Source: Haliotis rubra
Taxonomy: Eukaryota
Direction of reading: 5' to 3'
Length of the DNA stretch: 64,000 nt
Assembly (NCBI RefSeq): GCF_003918875.1
Contig: NW_025765066.1
Coordinates: 62,001 to 126,000 of the forward strand
Position numbers and translations under genes: made by a program. Below, piece by piece: positions 25,460 to 38,011 of this stretch. The notes under the pieces were generated by a model, which saw only the letters and a list, made by a program, of their open reading frames with translations, did no database searches and was not told where the DNA came from. Each line of letters opens with the position of its first letter. The stretch's first letter is position 1.

Positions 25460-26812
25460 GGGTGGTACACACGTGCATACACACATGCATACAAATAGGA
25501 ACACACAGTGCTGTGGCTGAGTTCGATGAGTTGATGGTGATCTCATGTTGACCTCCAAAGGACTGTTCTATGATAATAGGCCAACAAATATGAAGAAAAT
25601 GTATTTTAAGCGTCTGAATTGATGAGGCTGGGTGGCTGGCAGGAGGCTTCCTTTTAACATAGATAAACCCGTCTTGAAGCAGCGCTCACATCTATGTTTG
25701 AGAGACGACGTCAATATAGCGAGCCGTGCATAAACACTACCGAGTCGGCTGTATCCACCTACGGGACCCCGCATCCACAGCTGTCCCAAACTGTTTCAAT
25801 CCGTGAAGATCCGGGTTAGAATTGGTCTTTTTGCAATTCATGCTGGTTGCAAAAAGCGACTCTCGCGATCGGGTGGTCAGATTTGGTTCACACAAGTACC
25901 CAACAGTGTATATCGAGGCTCATGATGTTGACCCCTTGATTGCCTGGTCGAGACCCGATTATTCACAGACCGCCACCGTGTAGCTGGAATATTGCTGAGT
26001 GCGGCGTTAAACAACAAACAAACAAATCAAGTTGTTTCACGCCACATCAGGGTCCTCATGGTGAACTTGTGTTGACTGTGTTTGTGTGGTCTGACATTAC
26101 GTGATGCGGACTGATTGCATTCGTATAAACTTAACACGTAAACCCACCGGCTGATACAGCCATGAACCTGTACACCCCATAGAAAGAAAGAGATTATGAT
26201 CTCATTTCACATATTAACTGAAACCTATATATGGACATTCACAGCATGTCTCTTCGTATTTTGCAAGTGTACGTTGTCTGTTTGCTCTTGTAACAGATTT
26301 TTTGTGTGACATGCAATAGCAACCCCCGCTTTACAAGAAGAGTGAATTCAGCTCCTAGAGTTGTCATAGTACACAGCTGTACAGGGTGTATCTCGGTGGG
26401 TCAGACAAGACAGGGACTTCTCACGGCCTCCCTTACGTGAACTCACTGATCTTGTAGAAAAACTATCACTGCTACTGTGAGCTCTTTTATAATCCAATTA
26501 TAAAAAGCGGTATTTCAACAGTGTGAGAGAAATACCATGAAAAGATTAAATTCTATTGCGATCAATGATGTGACGAAAAGGCTGACGTAATAACTGCAAG
26601 GCTCGATATGTTTGCAAGGTACAGAATATTTATGTATAGACCATCTGTCATCTGAACAACCACATGCATAAACGGCCTATGAGGCGACAAATGTATTGTT
26701 CAATACTGTGATCAAAATATCGATTCGTTTTCCCGAGGAACAGAATGACCTGTGCAGAATGACACACGTATAACGTACATTGATAAAATAGGTCAATCTT
26801 CACGCGTAGCTA
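25460..26812 (+). repeat. Local direct duplication, copy 2 (contains a family 2 SINE at 25799-26026)
   Basis: Collinear with 21400-23000. Confidence 0.8.
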
Positions 26813-26890
26813 ATTGAGAAGAAAGGATGTACTCCGAAACGCTGTGGTCCTCATAATTAAGAAAAAAATATATTCCTCGCTCTTGGAATA

Positions 26891-27067
26891 GTGAATGAGT
26901 GAGTGAGTGAGTTTAGTTTTACGCCGCTTTCAGCAATATTCCAACAATATCACGGCGGGGGACACCAGAAATGGGCTACACACATTGTACCCATGTGGGG
27001 AATCGAACCCGGGTCGTCGGCGTGACGAGTGAACGCTTTAACCACTAGGCTACCCCTCCGCTCCACA
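26891..27067 (-). mobile_element. tRNA-derived SINE family 1
   Basis: Reverse complement of the 18743 family; TSD ctcttggaata. Confidence 0.9.
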
Positions 27068-28169
27068 CTCTTGGAATAACAAAGGTGTGAAGTGAAATTG
27101 GACAGACCGTTACACGTATATAACGACATAGACGCACGTGTGTGCCCGATTGGTCTGATCAGAACTACTGCCGGTTTTATAGTACTATCCAACGAAGAAA
27201 CAGTTTCACAAGGATACCTTACACAAACATGGGACAAGACGTCGGACCAGTCCGTGTTTCAGACCGTTAATACCCATTACCCTAGAGGGTAACAGCAAGT
27301 ACCAGGTTTTAACACCGTTTGGTATGAAATATATTTAAGTACTCAAATAAAAATGACTCTTAACACAAGTACAATGTATTGTTTTAATCAACCTAATATG
27401 TACCAAGAATATACAAATAGGCAGGTATCTAAATGAAGCAATTGACCTGATACAGAAGGAATATCCCTAGTAACACAATACATGGAGATCCAAATATACA
27501 ACTGATTAATTATGTAGAAAAATAAGGTGTTATGGAATGTGATTGTGAAACAAAAGTGAAATATTAGATAAGCTAAAACATAATACATTGCTTGTTGGTG
27601 TAAAATCAAACATCTGGCTATGTAGAGTTCACAAACCTACAAAGATGTGATCGCGACTCAGCGTCCGAATATTACACAAGCGGTGATAAACAGGCTCTAA
27701 TAACAACTATATATATATATACTATAGGAGTTGTGTAACAAAGAAAACAATTGACAAAGCCTCTCGTTTGGTGAGTCATATTAACAACAACCAAAATAAC
27801 ATGTTAATAACCAGATGCAAAGAAATAACAAACAAATACAAAGAGGTACAATAACACATGAACATGTCGAGTATAGAAATATTTGCATATAACAGAATTA
27901 AGAAATTCTGACACACAAGAATAGTTCTGCATTAAGCCTGCACGTTGTTATTGTGATTGCTTGAGAACATTACCAAGGTGTTTTTTAAGCACGTATCAAT
28001 TGACAGTGAAAATGAAATGTCACAAACGGTCAGATCTACAGGTAGACATAGGTCAAGTTGAAATGTCAGTGAAAAGAGTACAAACAAATATCTCGAAGGA
28101 CAGGTTCGAATTACAAAGTTACCAGATGTGTTACAATATAACCAGTATTCCAGTGTGTCGGTTCAATGT

Positions 28170-28795
28170 CGGAGGTGAGGTGAAATGGGGGTTAACGTCG
28201 TACTTAAGAATATTTCCCTCATATGATGACGTGCATGCGTGTGTATGTGTGGCTGCTTGTACTAGCCCAGACTGACCAGTCCTTGTTGTACCCATTAATG
28301 CCGACGGCCAGGCAGGGACCAACATGCTCCATATTTTAACGTCTTTTGGTATGACATACGTTATATTTGGGATTACTCTTTCTTAGTAAAGTACATATTA
28401 TGGTACTTGTTTGGGTTGAGTCCCATCCGGGATACGAACCCACACCCTCTGAGTCAGGCACCTAATCGCCAGCACACAAAGTCTGCCGCCCAACCTGCTC
28501 AGCCATCGCGACTTCCACAAACATGGAAGTCGGACAACTAGTAGTCGACACTTCGGACTTTGTGTACCCCTCTGATAAGTGTGAATTGGCACGGCTCCCA
28601 CGGCCGAAAGCTATGATTACATAATGCCATTTAGAAAGTGGTCAAATGTAACATATGTTATATTTCTTAGAATCTGTACTTTACTAAGAAAGCGTAATCC
28701 CAAATATAACATATGTTACATTTGACCACTTTCTAAATGACATTGTGTAACCGTGTTTTAGTATGACGCGGCCGGGTATCGAACCCGCTCTCTGC
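28170..28795 (-). mobile_element. Older tRNA-derived SINE split by an insertion at 28356-28760
   Basis: Removing the insert restores the minus-strand reading gggttcgatacccggccgcgtcataccaaaagacgttaaaa (B box plus body); the tail resembles the other SINE tails. Confidence 0.55.
28356..28760. mobile_element. Small tRNA-containing element with a fold-back end
   Basis: 7-bp TSD gtatgac; inverted arms 28354-28395 / 28675-28716; tRNA-like A and B boxes on the minus strand (~28419-28513). Confidence 0.6.
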
Positions 28796-28994
28796 TATAC
28801 ATTTTGGTATAACCCACTAGGACGATTATGGAGTGAATGAGTGAGTTAAGGTCACATCGGCAATATTTCAGCCATATTGTGACTGCACGGGCATTGAGCT
28901 GAAACAGAAGCATGAAATCCGGAAGCGCAAACAAATACATGTGACCTTGATGTTCATTAAATTACAGCTTAATCAAAATACGCAAACGACAAGA

Positions 28995-29161
28995 CTGACT
29001 GACTGAGTTTAGTTTTACGCCGCTTTTAGCAATATTCCAGCAATATCACGGCGGAGGACACCACAAATGGGCTTAACACATTGTGCCCATGTGGGGAATC
29101 GAACCCGGGTCTTCAGCGTGACGAGCCAACGTTTTAACCACTAGGCTACCCCACCGCCCCT
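28995..29161 (-). mobile_element. tRNA-derived SINE family 1
   Basis: Near-identical to the 18743 copy; TSD caaacgacaaga. Confidence 0.92.
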
Positions 29162-29298
29162 CAAACGACAAGAAGTAATAATACAGAAATTCCTGTCCTA
29201 ATGAGAAGCTAATCATCGAACCATGTGTTCTGTTCTGTTTTAAAATAAGTTCAATCCAATATAGTCATCACTGATACTATAGTCTAGACATTCGCAGT

Positions 29299-30617
29299 GG
29301 TACACTCCCATTTGTCAGACGTGCCATTTGTCAGACGGCCGAATTATCAGAGAGACCAGTCAAGTGTGACCAGTGTAACTGCCTGGACTTAACCATTATT
29401 TAATGAGCTGCTCCAAACTGTGGACAGAGTAGGCAACTGTTCGCTCTCAAGTTCGTTAAGTGATACAGATTAACCAGATTATGATTTTGCTTGTAAGTTG
29501 CTTTTGATCAGTGTGACGGGTTGCATGTGTTGTAGTAACGAAATTTGGAGTAACTTGTTCAACTGTATTGGATACAGGAAGTGCGTGAGGCTCTGTACAT
29601 ATTCATCAATAGGTTTTAACTGAATTTGTTTTGCATTATTTCATTACTTAAATGGATTAAACTTCTCCAAAACATAAGTATAATCTCACATGTACCATAT
29701 AACATGAACTCTAAAGTCAGTAAGATATCGCTGCAATGGCTGGTATACGCAGAGTTGAATTCATTGAGTCTCAGAGAGGAACCCCACAAGTATTTGTTAA
29801 TGGCTTCACCTACTCTAAGAATAGAACCAGGGGCCAGACCACACACGGGAGATGTATCATCAAGACATGCCGAGGGAAATGTTCCACTGTTTGGGGCTTT
29901 CTGAACGATTTCTCGGACAACTGCCATCCGCCAAGAGATCCGAATCAAGTCCAGTTTGTTGGCAGTTTGCGGAAACGGTCCAGAGAAGAAGCTACAGTTT
30001 GTTAGCAGTTTGCGAAAACGGTTCAGAGAAGAATAATAATAAGAAGACAAGATCCTGATCTTTTATACTGATGAGCAGCTGATATGTCTTTTCGAAGCAG
30101 ATACAATCTACATGGATGGTACCTTTTCCTGTTGCCCCAACCTTTGGAACCAGCTGTACACTGTACATACCCGCAGTGGATATACGACGTACCCACTTGT
30201 CTTCGCCCTGCTGCCCAACCGACAACCGACAACATACGCCAGGCTGTACACAGAGTCTGAGGGGAGACTGCTCCAGTTGAAAGAGTAGCTGACAAGTGGA
30301 CAGAAGACATCTGTTCAATTCCTGGATGCTGTTGGACACCTATTGAAACTGGGCAGACTTGAACTCTACTCTAATATAATCAGGCTGATTTCATACTGAT
30401 TTGCTTACTTGTACTGGATGGGTTCATTATTGTTATTGTCATTATTATTAAAAAGTCTTCCCTGATTTCTAACATTTCTGATTTCTTTTATTTGTTTTAT
30501 GGGCCATTCCTATTTCATTAAGAGGTAACAGGCAGGGGATTAGCTGTGCAATCAACCAGATAGTTTGTTGTTTTTACCTGTCTGACAAATGGCACGTCTG
30601 ATAAATGGGACGATACC
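29299..30617 (+). mobile_element. Internally deleted MULE/Mutator-like transposon (FLYWCH plus partial DDE)
   Basis: ~38-bp TIRs ggtacactcccatttgtcagacgtgccatttgtcagac / gtctgacaaatggcacgtctgataaatgggacgatacc; 8-bp TSD ttcgcagt; FLYWCH-like SQRGTPQVFVNGFTY..RC..KTCRG..H (29736-30005) and IYMDGTFSCCPNLWNQLYTVH..YPLVFALLP (~30100-30250). Confidence 0.88.
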
Positions 30618-30959
30618 TTCGCAGTCACGTTATGTAGGTTGCCATACTTGCCCGACCATATCATTGCCTGGACAGAAAGGTCACCTAACCTACCAGCATA
30701 ACCTTTACCCCAACATTTGCTATGGAACAAGGAAACTATAACTTGCCTCCTGACTTTGTAATTTACTTTACAGACACATAGAGATTGTGTAGACAAACCT
30801 CCGCAATGGTTCCTCAGCAACTAGCACGCATTGAATTCGTTCAATATAATTTGGCCCTGATAAATATATTCGTACACATTGCCACATTTGCCTTAAACTC
30901 GCTTCACGCTCAGGATATACGCGTCAGTGTTGGTAGTGAGGATTTCCAAGTCCTTGACC

Positions 30960-32158
30960 TCATTGTGACATGAGCAGTTCATACAGTTCCATTTGATATG
31001 TACGTTTCGCAATCATGGAGGCTGTTTCGCCACAATGATTTCCTGCATTGATGTCAAGCTCATTCTTTAACAGAACATACTGCGCAATTTTCCCATTTCC
31101 TGTTTTGCAGGCAATGTGAAGCACGTTGTTTCCCCCATCGTCCACTTGTAATAGATCAGCGCCTTGACTCACAAGTAACCGAATCACTTCATTTTGGTTC
31201 CGCAACGCTGCCCATAACAGTGGCGTTCTTCCACGTTGCCCTCGACTGTTGATGTCCACAAAATTCTGTGACAGGATATGCTTCACCATACTTTCATGCC
31301 CTTCCATGCTAGCCATGTGTAGGATGTTGTTCTCCATGTTATCAAGTAGTGATGTATCAGCTCCCTTTCCCACAAGCAGGTCACACACGCCTCTGTGTCC
31401 ACCACGTGCTGCGATCATCAGAGGTGTTGCCCCATCCTTCCCCCGACGGTTGATGTTAAAACCTCTCTGTGAGAGGATATACTCCACCATCTCTTTATGT
31501 CCTCCACGACACGCCGCATGGAGCACATTGTTGCCATCCTTATCTACGTGTGATATGCTACTTCCTTTCCCGACAAGTATGTCAAACACCTGTTTATGTC
31601 CTTGATCTGCTGCCTCCATCACTGCTGTACGTCCATATATGTCAATACTGTGGATGTCAATCTCGGCCTCGGCGAGGATCTTCTCTACGATTCCTGGGTG
31701 TCCTCCATTACAGGCATAATGAAGGATGTTGTCCCTATCATTATCCATTGATATATGGTCAGCTCCATTACCCAGCAGATAACCAAATATATTTTCCCGC
31801 CCATGCCATGCTGCCCACATCAAGGAAGTTCTTCCGTCGTTTCGCTTTCTGTTGATAAGTTCAGGTTGTTTTGAGACCACATATTTTACAATGTCAATAT
31901 TTCCCCCGACACAGGCAGTGCTAAGAATGTGGTCACCATCCCCATCCGTTAGTGTCATATCAGCTCCTTCCTTGTGAAGATGTTCAAAGACGTCATTCTG
32001 CCCTCTCACTGCAGCCAACATCAATGGTGTCAGTCCATACAAACCTCGGGTGTTGACGTCTATTTCATACTCACTCATGACCTGTTTCACGGTATCGAGG
32101 TTCCCATCAATGACGGCCTTATGGAGCGGGGTGTCTTTAACTGGCCCTTGATGTAACC
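30960..32158 (-). CDS. Ankyrin-repeat protein, large terminal coding exon (about 12 ANK repeats), module A, intact
   Basis: Open frame 30960-32210 with alternating TPLMxAA and NILHxAC repeats; acceptor tttcaacacag|gg at 32159 is conserved in the paralog whereas the upstream ATG is not. Confidence 0.88.
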
Positions 32159-32526
32159 CTGTGTTGAAATTTGGATATTGTTCAATCTTTATATGAACAG
32201 CTGATAACATATCAGGTGATATTTTATCGATGTTACAAATGAAAGTAACTATGGGCTTAAGTTAATGCTCCTTCACACAATACTTCAATTTGATAGTGTA
32301 ATGTCAACTTAATGTGTTGGGTAGGAAAGCACATGCACATTCTAGGCTGCGCCATTTTTATATTAGAATGTGATGAACAACAAATATGTCTGGAGACTTC
32401 ACGACTAGGTGACGCAATTACATGACATTCCTTTCATGTCCTACTCTCAATAAAAACACATCTGTTTTCTTTGCACCTTTAACAAATAATCATAAGCTGT
32501 GATTATTTCGTTTTTTTCCATCTCAC

Positions 32527-32568
32527 GTCTATGATATTTGTCAGGTATCCACGAGTCTTCAGTGTTCG
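32527..32568 (-). CDS. Predicted 42-nt phase-1 micro-exon of ankyrin module A (ANTEDSWIPDKYHR)
   Basis: attctcctcag| ... |gtgaga; length is a multiple of 3; in frame with the ankyrin exon; paralogous exon at 39756-39776. Confidence 0.6.
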
Positions 32569-32651
32569 CTGAGGAGAATAGTATGACATACAGTTAACTG
32601 TGATTGCATATGAACATTGCCATCAGCGTAACAATGTTTATGAATGTAGCG

Positions 32652-32818
32652 AGGGGCGGTGGGGTAGCCTAGTGGTTAAAGCGTTGGCTCGTCACGCCGA
32701 AGACCCGGGTTCGATTCCCCACATGGGCACATTGTGTTAAGCCCATTTCTGGTGTCCCCCGCCGTGATATTGCTGGAATATTGCTAAAAGCGGCGTAAAA
32801 CCAAACTCAGTCAGTCAG
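32652..32818 (+). mobile_element. tRNA-derived SINE family 1
   Basis: Near-identical to the 18743 copy; TSD tatgaatgtagcg. Confidence 0.93.
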
Positions 32819-32866
32819 TATGAATGTAGCGTCACTCTGGCGATGATCAAGGACAGGTGAAAACTA

Positions 32867-34392
32867 TACTGAGTCAAAAAACAAACTTCACAAAATGTAA
32901 TTTGAAAAATAATGAATAATTTTTCTCTGATGATACATCTATGTATCCGAAATGGGATCTTTCGACTCTAGAAAAACGTTAGCAAAACCCACTCAAACCC
33001 ATCAATTCGTCGTGCAAATGACGTTAGTGTCAAATCAGGTTTTGCACGTGCAGACGATCACGTGATATTGCATCGAAGTTTTCTTCATATGCACGTGTTT
33101 GCACTGGCCTCAAGAATTGAAAAACACACTTTTAAACCACAGTTCTAACGGTACTTGAAATGCCACGATTGTCAAATGTGCAACGTGAACGTGCCGTTGG
33201 CATGTTGCAAGCGGGAAGATCAGTTATTGACGTCGCAAGGGCAATGGGATGCAGCCGTCGTACTGTGTATGACTTGCGAGGTCGTCTACAACAAACTGGC
33301 ACCACTTCTGATCGCCCAAGGTCGGGTCGTCCACGTGTGACGTCATGAGCAGAAGACCGTCAAATCGTCCTACGTCACCTACGTGACAGATTTCTGCCGG
33401 CTACACGAACCAGGACTGAGATGTTTAGAGGTCGACTGTCCTCACAGACCAATCGAAATCGTTTGCGGGCCGCCAATCTCCATTCTCGACGTCCATATCG
33501 TGGGCCAATATTGACTCCGTTTCATCAACGTCAACGTCTGCTGTGGGCCCAACGTCATCTCCGATGGACCCAGAGAGACTGGAATCGAGTCGTCTTTAGC
33601 GATGAATCTAGGTTTACCCTCAGATTCGCGGACGGCAGGCATAGAGTCTGGAGACGACGTCTTGAACGGTATGCCCATTGTTGTGTACAGGAAGTCGACA
33701 GATTCGGGGGCGGAAGTTGCATGGTGTGGGGTGCTTTCTGTGGGAACAACCGTTCCAGACTTCTGGTCATCCGTGGAAACCTCACAGCTGCTGCTTAATG
33801 CGACCAGGTGCTCACCCCTGAAATCGTTTCTTTCATGGCGGCTCATGGCCCAGGTCTACAGTTCCAGCATGATAATGCTCAGCCGCATACCGCGATGTTG
33901 ACACGAAATTCCCTTCAAAACGCTGGAATCAACGTCATGGACTGGCCATCGAGGTCCCCTGACCTTAATCCAATAGAGCACGTTTGGGATGCACTTGGGA
34001 GAAGGCTTCGTGGTCTTAGGAACCAACCTCAGAATTTGCAGGAACTTGGCCCTGCCTTGCAAGAGCAATGGCGCAGAATCCCCAACCACGTGTTCACAAG
34101 CATCAGGCAGTCGATGAGGAGACGGTGTTTGGCAGTGGTTAATGCGCGGGGCGGCCATACACGATATTGAACTGAGAAATTTCGCATTTTTATTCTTGTG
34201 ACATGACATTCTGTATACCCCTGTTTTTGAACGGCGGTGTAGCCTAATGGAACTGATTATGGCACTATCAGTGTATCGAGTACATCACACAGATCTCAGC
34301 AATGAAATAATAACAATTTAACCGTCTTACCATCTCTTGTTCTTTTATAGTGCCCTGCAGAAGGAATGTGAAGTTTCTTTTTTGACTCAGTA
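32867..34392 (+). mobile_element. Tc1 (DD34E) transposon, full length; transposase 33160-34170 has two in-frame stops
   Basis: TIRs tactgagtcaaaaa..aaacttcaca with TA on both sides; three ORF pieces share one frame; DESRF / QHDNA / LNPIEH with 34 residues between the second D and E. Confidence 0.96.
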
Positions 34393-34581
34393 TATATTGA
34401 GGTGGAGGTCGGAGTAGGGGGATGGCAGGTGTCAATCGTTGAATCTGTCATGAGGTTAGGGGGTGGGATGTCACGAGTGACATCTATACATGCGACACAT
34501 TTTCCGTAATCACGTCTTTTCTGTTAATTACTATTTCTCATCCTTCACAAATTCATTCTTAATTTAACATTTTTAATTTCC

Positions 34582-35228
34582 AAACTTCAGTCCAGAAAGA
34601 CTCCAAATCCGCCAAAGGCGACCACACCAAAGCCAACCCTGACCATGCCATCCTTTGGGACAACATCCCCATCCTAGAAACCAACCAATCAGACTACAAG
34701 ATTAGGAAACTTCTTGAAGCCATAAATCCAACGTTTAAACCCCACCACGAACCGGGATCAAGGTTATTTTATCTCCTCAGCCTATCACCACCTAATTAAA
34801 GATCACCAATAATCCAGCCATACCTCGTTCAAATGGCTTCTGTGCTCCCTTTTTGTGTATTGTAATGACAACCAATTAATGTGTACACCAACCTACTCTC
34901 TTCAACTCATGATTACCATCTCAGTGTACATCAACTCATCTATTGTATAAACCAATTCTCCATATTGTTTTAATCACTAGCACTTCGTACATGAACCTAC
35001 TCTGCTCAAATCACTAATTAGCAATCCAATGAATATCAACCTTGTCAATTGTATACACACAATATGCAGCTATGTATATATTCTCCATATTACAACTGTT
35101 TGTATCACTTGCTTGATAACGGTGTTAGTACCTACACCGAAACGTCGCACTCATTGCAATAAAGGAGCTGACTATCCATAGAACTTGGTTTTCCTTCATC
35201 AGCTTCAAAAATGCCTCTCAAAGAAAAT
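34582..35228 (+). mobile_element. Penelope-like retroelement 3' remnant (GIY-YIG C-terminus plus pseudo-LTR)
   Basis: Translates to DHTKANPDHAILWDNIPILETNQSDYKIRKLLEAINPTFKPTTNRDQGYFISSAYHHL, typical of the PLE endonuclease end; hammerhead motif and atgcc.ctcaaagaa end shared with the mini-elements. Confidence 0.75.
35110..35149 (+). ncRNA. Minimal hammerhead ribozyme motif (U3-A8 variant) in the PLE pseudo-LTR
   Basis: tgc-TTGATAA-c-ggtgt/tagtacct/acacc-GAA-acgt-c-gca; stem II differs in sequence from the 4033 copy but still pairs. Confidence 0.7.
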
Positions 35229-35262
35229 ACATTTTTAGATATTGTTCTGGTCTCGTTACATA

Positions 35263-36769
35263 TACTAGGCACATACACAAACTGTGTATACAAAAATTTA
35301 AAATCTAAATTTATCAAACCTGTGTAGACACATAAAGATTTAAACTCAGAGATTAGTGACATGTATCCAACATGCATGCACGTACCAAGTTCCTTGACGT
35401 CAGTGTGTTCGTCCTTGAGACGTGCAATACGTTTTAGCACGTGCATTCCGGGAAAGAGAAACAGAGCAAATGAATGCCACACAATACTGTCACTTTGGAA
35501 AGCTCAACCCTTGCCCTTGCGATCGTTCAAAAAGTTAAGCAGCTATTGAAACGCATAGCATGCCAGGGCTCACGTCTGCACAACGTCATGAGGCCATTGG
35601 GATGGTCCATGGGGGAATGTCTCAACGACAAGTGGCTGCACATTTCCACTGTCACCGGAACACCATTTCTGCACTGGTGAGACGCTACCAGAACACAAAT
35701 GACGTCATCGATTGGCCACGTTCTGGACGTCCACGTATAACAACGCCAAGACAGGACAGATGGATAAGGGTGACCCATCTTCGTCACATGTTTTAGACTG
35801 CAGTGATGACTGCCCGAACCATCCCAGGACTTCGCCGTATCCACCCCAACACAGTTCGACAACGTTTACGTCATCACGGGATCAAACCACGACGTCCCGC
35901 CATACGGCCTATCCTGACACAACGTCATCGACAGGCTCGCCGAATGTGGTGCCGAAATCATGTCCGCAGACCCTTGTTTTGGTGGAGAAATGTTGTTTTT
36001 ACAGATGAGTCCAGGTTTAACATTTCCCATAGTGATGGACGTGAACGTGCCTATAGACGCGTTGGAGAACGTTATGCACAGGCCTGTGTCTTGGAGAGGA
36101 ATCGCTTTGGTGATGGTTCCGTGATGATTTGGGGTGGAATAACAGCACGCCAAGGAACTCCTTTGGTGATTGTTCAGGGCAACTTAACTGGTGTGGGCTA
36201 CAGGGATCAGATTCTTCGACCTGTTGCAGTTCCTTTTCTGCAACGTCATGGCCCTGGGTTAACATTCCAACAATGCCCGCCCTCATACGGCAAGGGTTGC
36301 TATGGATTTCTTGCAACACCACAACGTTGACTTACTGCCTTGGCCTGCAAATTCACCGGATCTTTCCCCGATAGAGCATGTTTGGGACGATATGGATCGA
36401 CGTCTACGCCGTCTTCCTCATCCGCCAGATAACGTCCTTGACCTTGCAACAGAACTTGAGAGAATCTGGCGTGACATCCCACAAGCCTTTCTTGCACGTT
36501 TGATAGGCTCTATGCGTCGTCGATGCACTGCAGTTCTCAATGCCGATGGTGGACATACCCGTTATTGAGCTTGTGACATGGTCGTGTGACCCCTGTCCTG
36601 CTTGTGGACTCGTGACGTCATTGTGATTGACTTTTCAATTGAAATTCTCCTGACTTGTTATGGTCTCATGATCCCTCCATTAAAGTTTATTTGTACCTTT
36701 GACATTGTTATCGTACTTATCGACTGGGATAATATTTTGACAATGCACAGTTTCTTTATGTGGCTAGTA
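35263..36769 (+). mobile_element. Tc1-family transposon (third family) with a disrupted transposase at 35560-36568
   Basis: Imperfect TIRs tactaggcacatacacaaactgtgtat / atgcacagtttctttatgtggctagta with TA flanks; FTDESRF and WPANSPDLSPIEH; one stop plus a frameshift at ~36270 that removes the second catalytic D. Confidence 0.92.
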
Positions 36770-36994
36770 TATTTCTCCGAACCGGTTTGCCTTTCCACTG
36801 AACGTTACCCACCGTTCTATGACGACATTACATAACAAACGGGATTGCCAACTGAAGAAGGAATATTTTTCAAACTCTCGATCAATGACTTGGTAAATTT
36901 CAACATTTGTCCCTAACCAACTGGTTTTATGACGGTACCAAAAGTGCGTTTAAACAACATTATCTTTAAATTAACATTGTGTCTACATCATTAC

Positions 36995-37057
36995 CACTTT
37001 CTGGTGAACTTGCCGCTTTGAACTCATAAGTTTGTCTCCAAGAACGCTTCATGCCCG
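36995..37057 (-). CDS. Predicted 63-nt phase-1 exon of ankyrin module A (AGMKRSWRQTYEFKAASSPES)
   Basis: tgactttaaag| ... |gtaatg; the paralog at 50393-50455 keeps length, frame and AG/GT. Confidence 0.6.
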
Positions 37058-37130
37058 CTTTAAAGTCAGTATTAAAACTTACGCTACTGACAACAACGGA
37101 AGTGAAGACATTTGAAATGAATAATTGAAC

Positions 37131-37295
37131 AAACCATGCTTGTCGTAAGACGACTAACAGGATCAGGTGGTCAGTCTCACAGACTTGGTTCACACTTGCA
37201 ATCGTATCACAATATCGTAGGTCGACTCAATAAGTTACAGACTGCCGCCACATAGCTGGAATAGTGCTATGTTCGGCATTAAACAACAAACAACA
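37131..37295 (+). mobile_element. SINE-like family 2, 5'-truncated
   Basis: catgcttgtcgtaagacgactaacaggatcaggtggtcag core and tail. Confidence 0.7.
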
Positions 37296-37338
37296 CTTCA
37301 TAAATCAAAGAGCATTTGTAAGTGAGTTCTGTTCTTAC

Positions 37339-37365
37339 CTCTCATCAGTGGATCCCTCACTGCAT
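37339..37365 (-). CDS. Predicted 27-nt phase-1 micro-exon of ankyrin module A (DAVRDPLMR)
   Basis: ttatgtcttctcag| ... ag|gtaaga; paralog at 50761-50787. Confidence 0.6.
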
Positions 37366-38011
37366 CTGAGAAGACATAATATAGGATAACATGTGACTCT
37401 GAATGATTTGTTTTTACCTTAATTTCTTTTTTGCGTGACAGGTACACATTATATTCAAAACTGCTAATATTATGCTCCATGCTTGTCAAAGTGGATACAA
37501 AATGTAAATAATATATATACGATCACAGATTGTTTACTATTTGTAACAAACAGGAGAACTATGAAATGGGCTGTAAATCTCATGGCACGCAATGGCATAC
37601 TTTGATGAATTGATGAGATGAATCCACAACTCAACGATTTTTCTTCCGGAGGACTGAAGCCTACGATTTATTTAGATTTGAAAACAACTATGTCTACTAC
37701 AAATGATGACCCAAACATAAACTACATTATACTGAGAGTCGGATGGACACTGTCACGTTTCGAGTTAAAATTAAATACAAATGACACAACCCTTTCCACT
37801 TTCTTAAGAAGTGTATGCTAAAATCAGAGTCGATTGTACAATTGTGACTATATCATGAGTATTATAGTACAGAGCAGAAAACTGCGACATTTCACAGAAG
37901 TAAGAAATTATGTGTTTATGAATTACTATGAAATAGTGATGATACCAGGGGTTCGCGAAATGTTGGGCGTATCTTGCCCCTACGGTGGCACCCATCAATA
38001 AAACAATACGT

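Noticed and set aside
26812-26870. Further hammerhead/PLE end (gaaaggatgtactccgaaacg)
   Set aside because: The 5' core is too degenerate; at most a decayed remnant.
28570-28615. Hammerhead in ctgataag..gaaagc
   Set aside because: C3 and A8 cannot pair, and no convincing stems I and II are present.
32159-32210. ATG at 32210 as the start of a single-exon ankyrin gene
   Set aside because: The ATG is not conserved in the paralog, whereas a phase-1 splice acceptor is. Not fully excluded without RNA data.
37650-37790. Transmembrane exon upstream of ankyrin module A
   Set aside because: Hydrophobic stretches are short and interrupted by stops, with no convincing splice pair.
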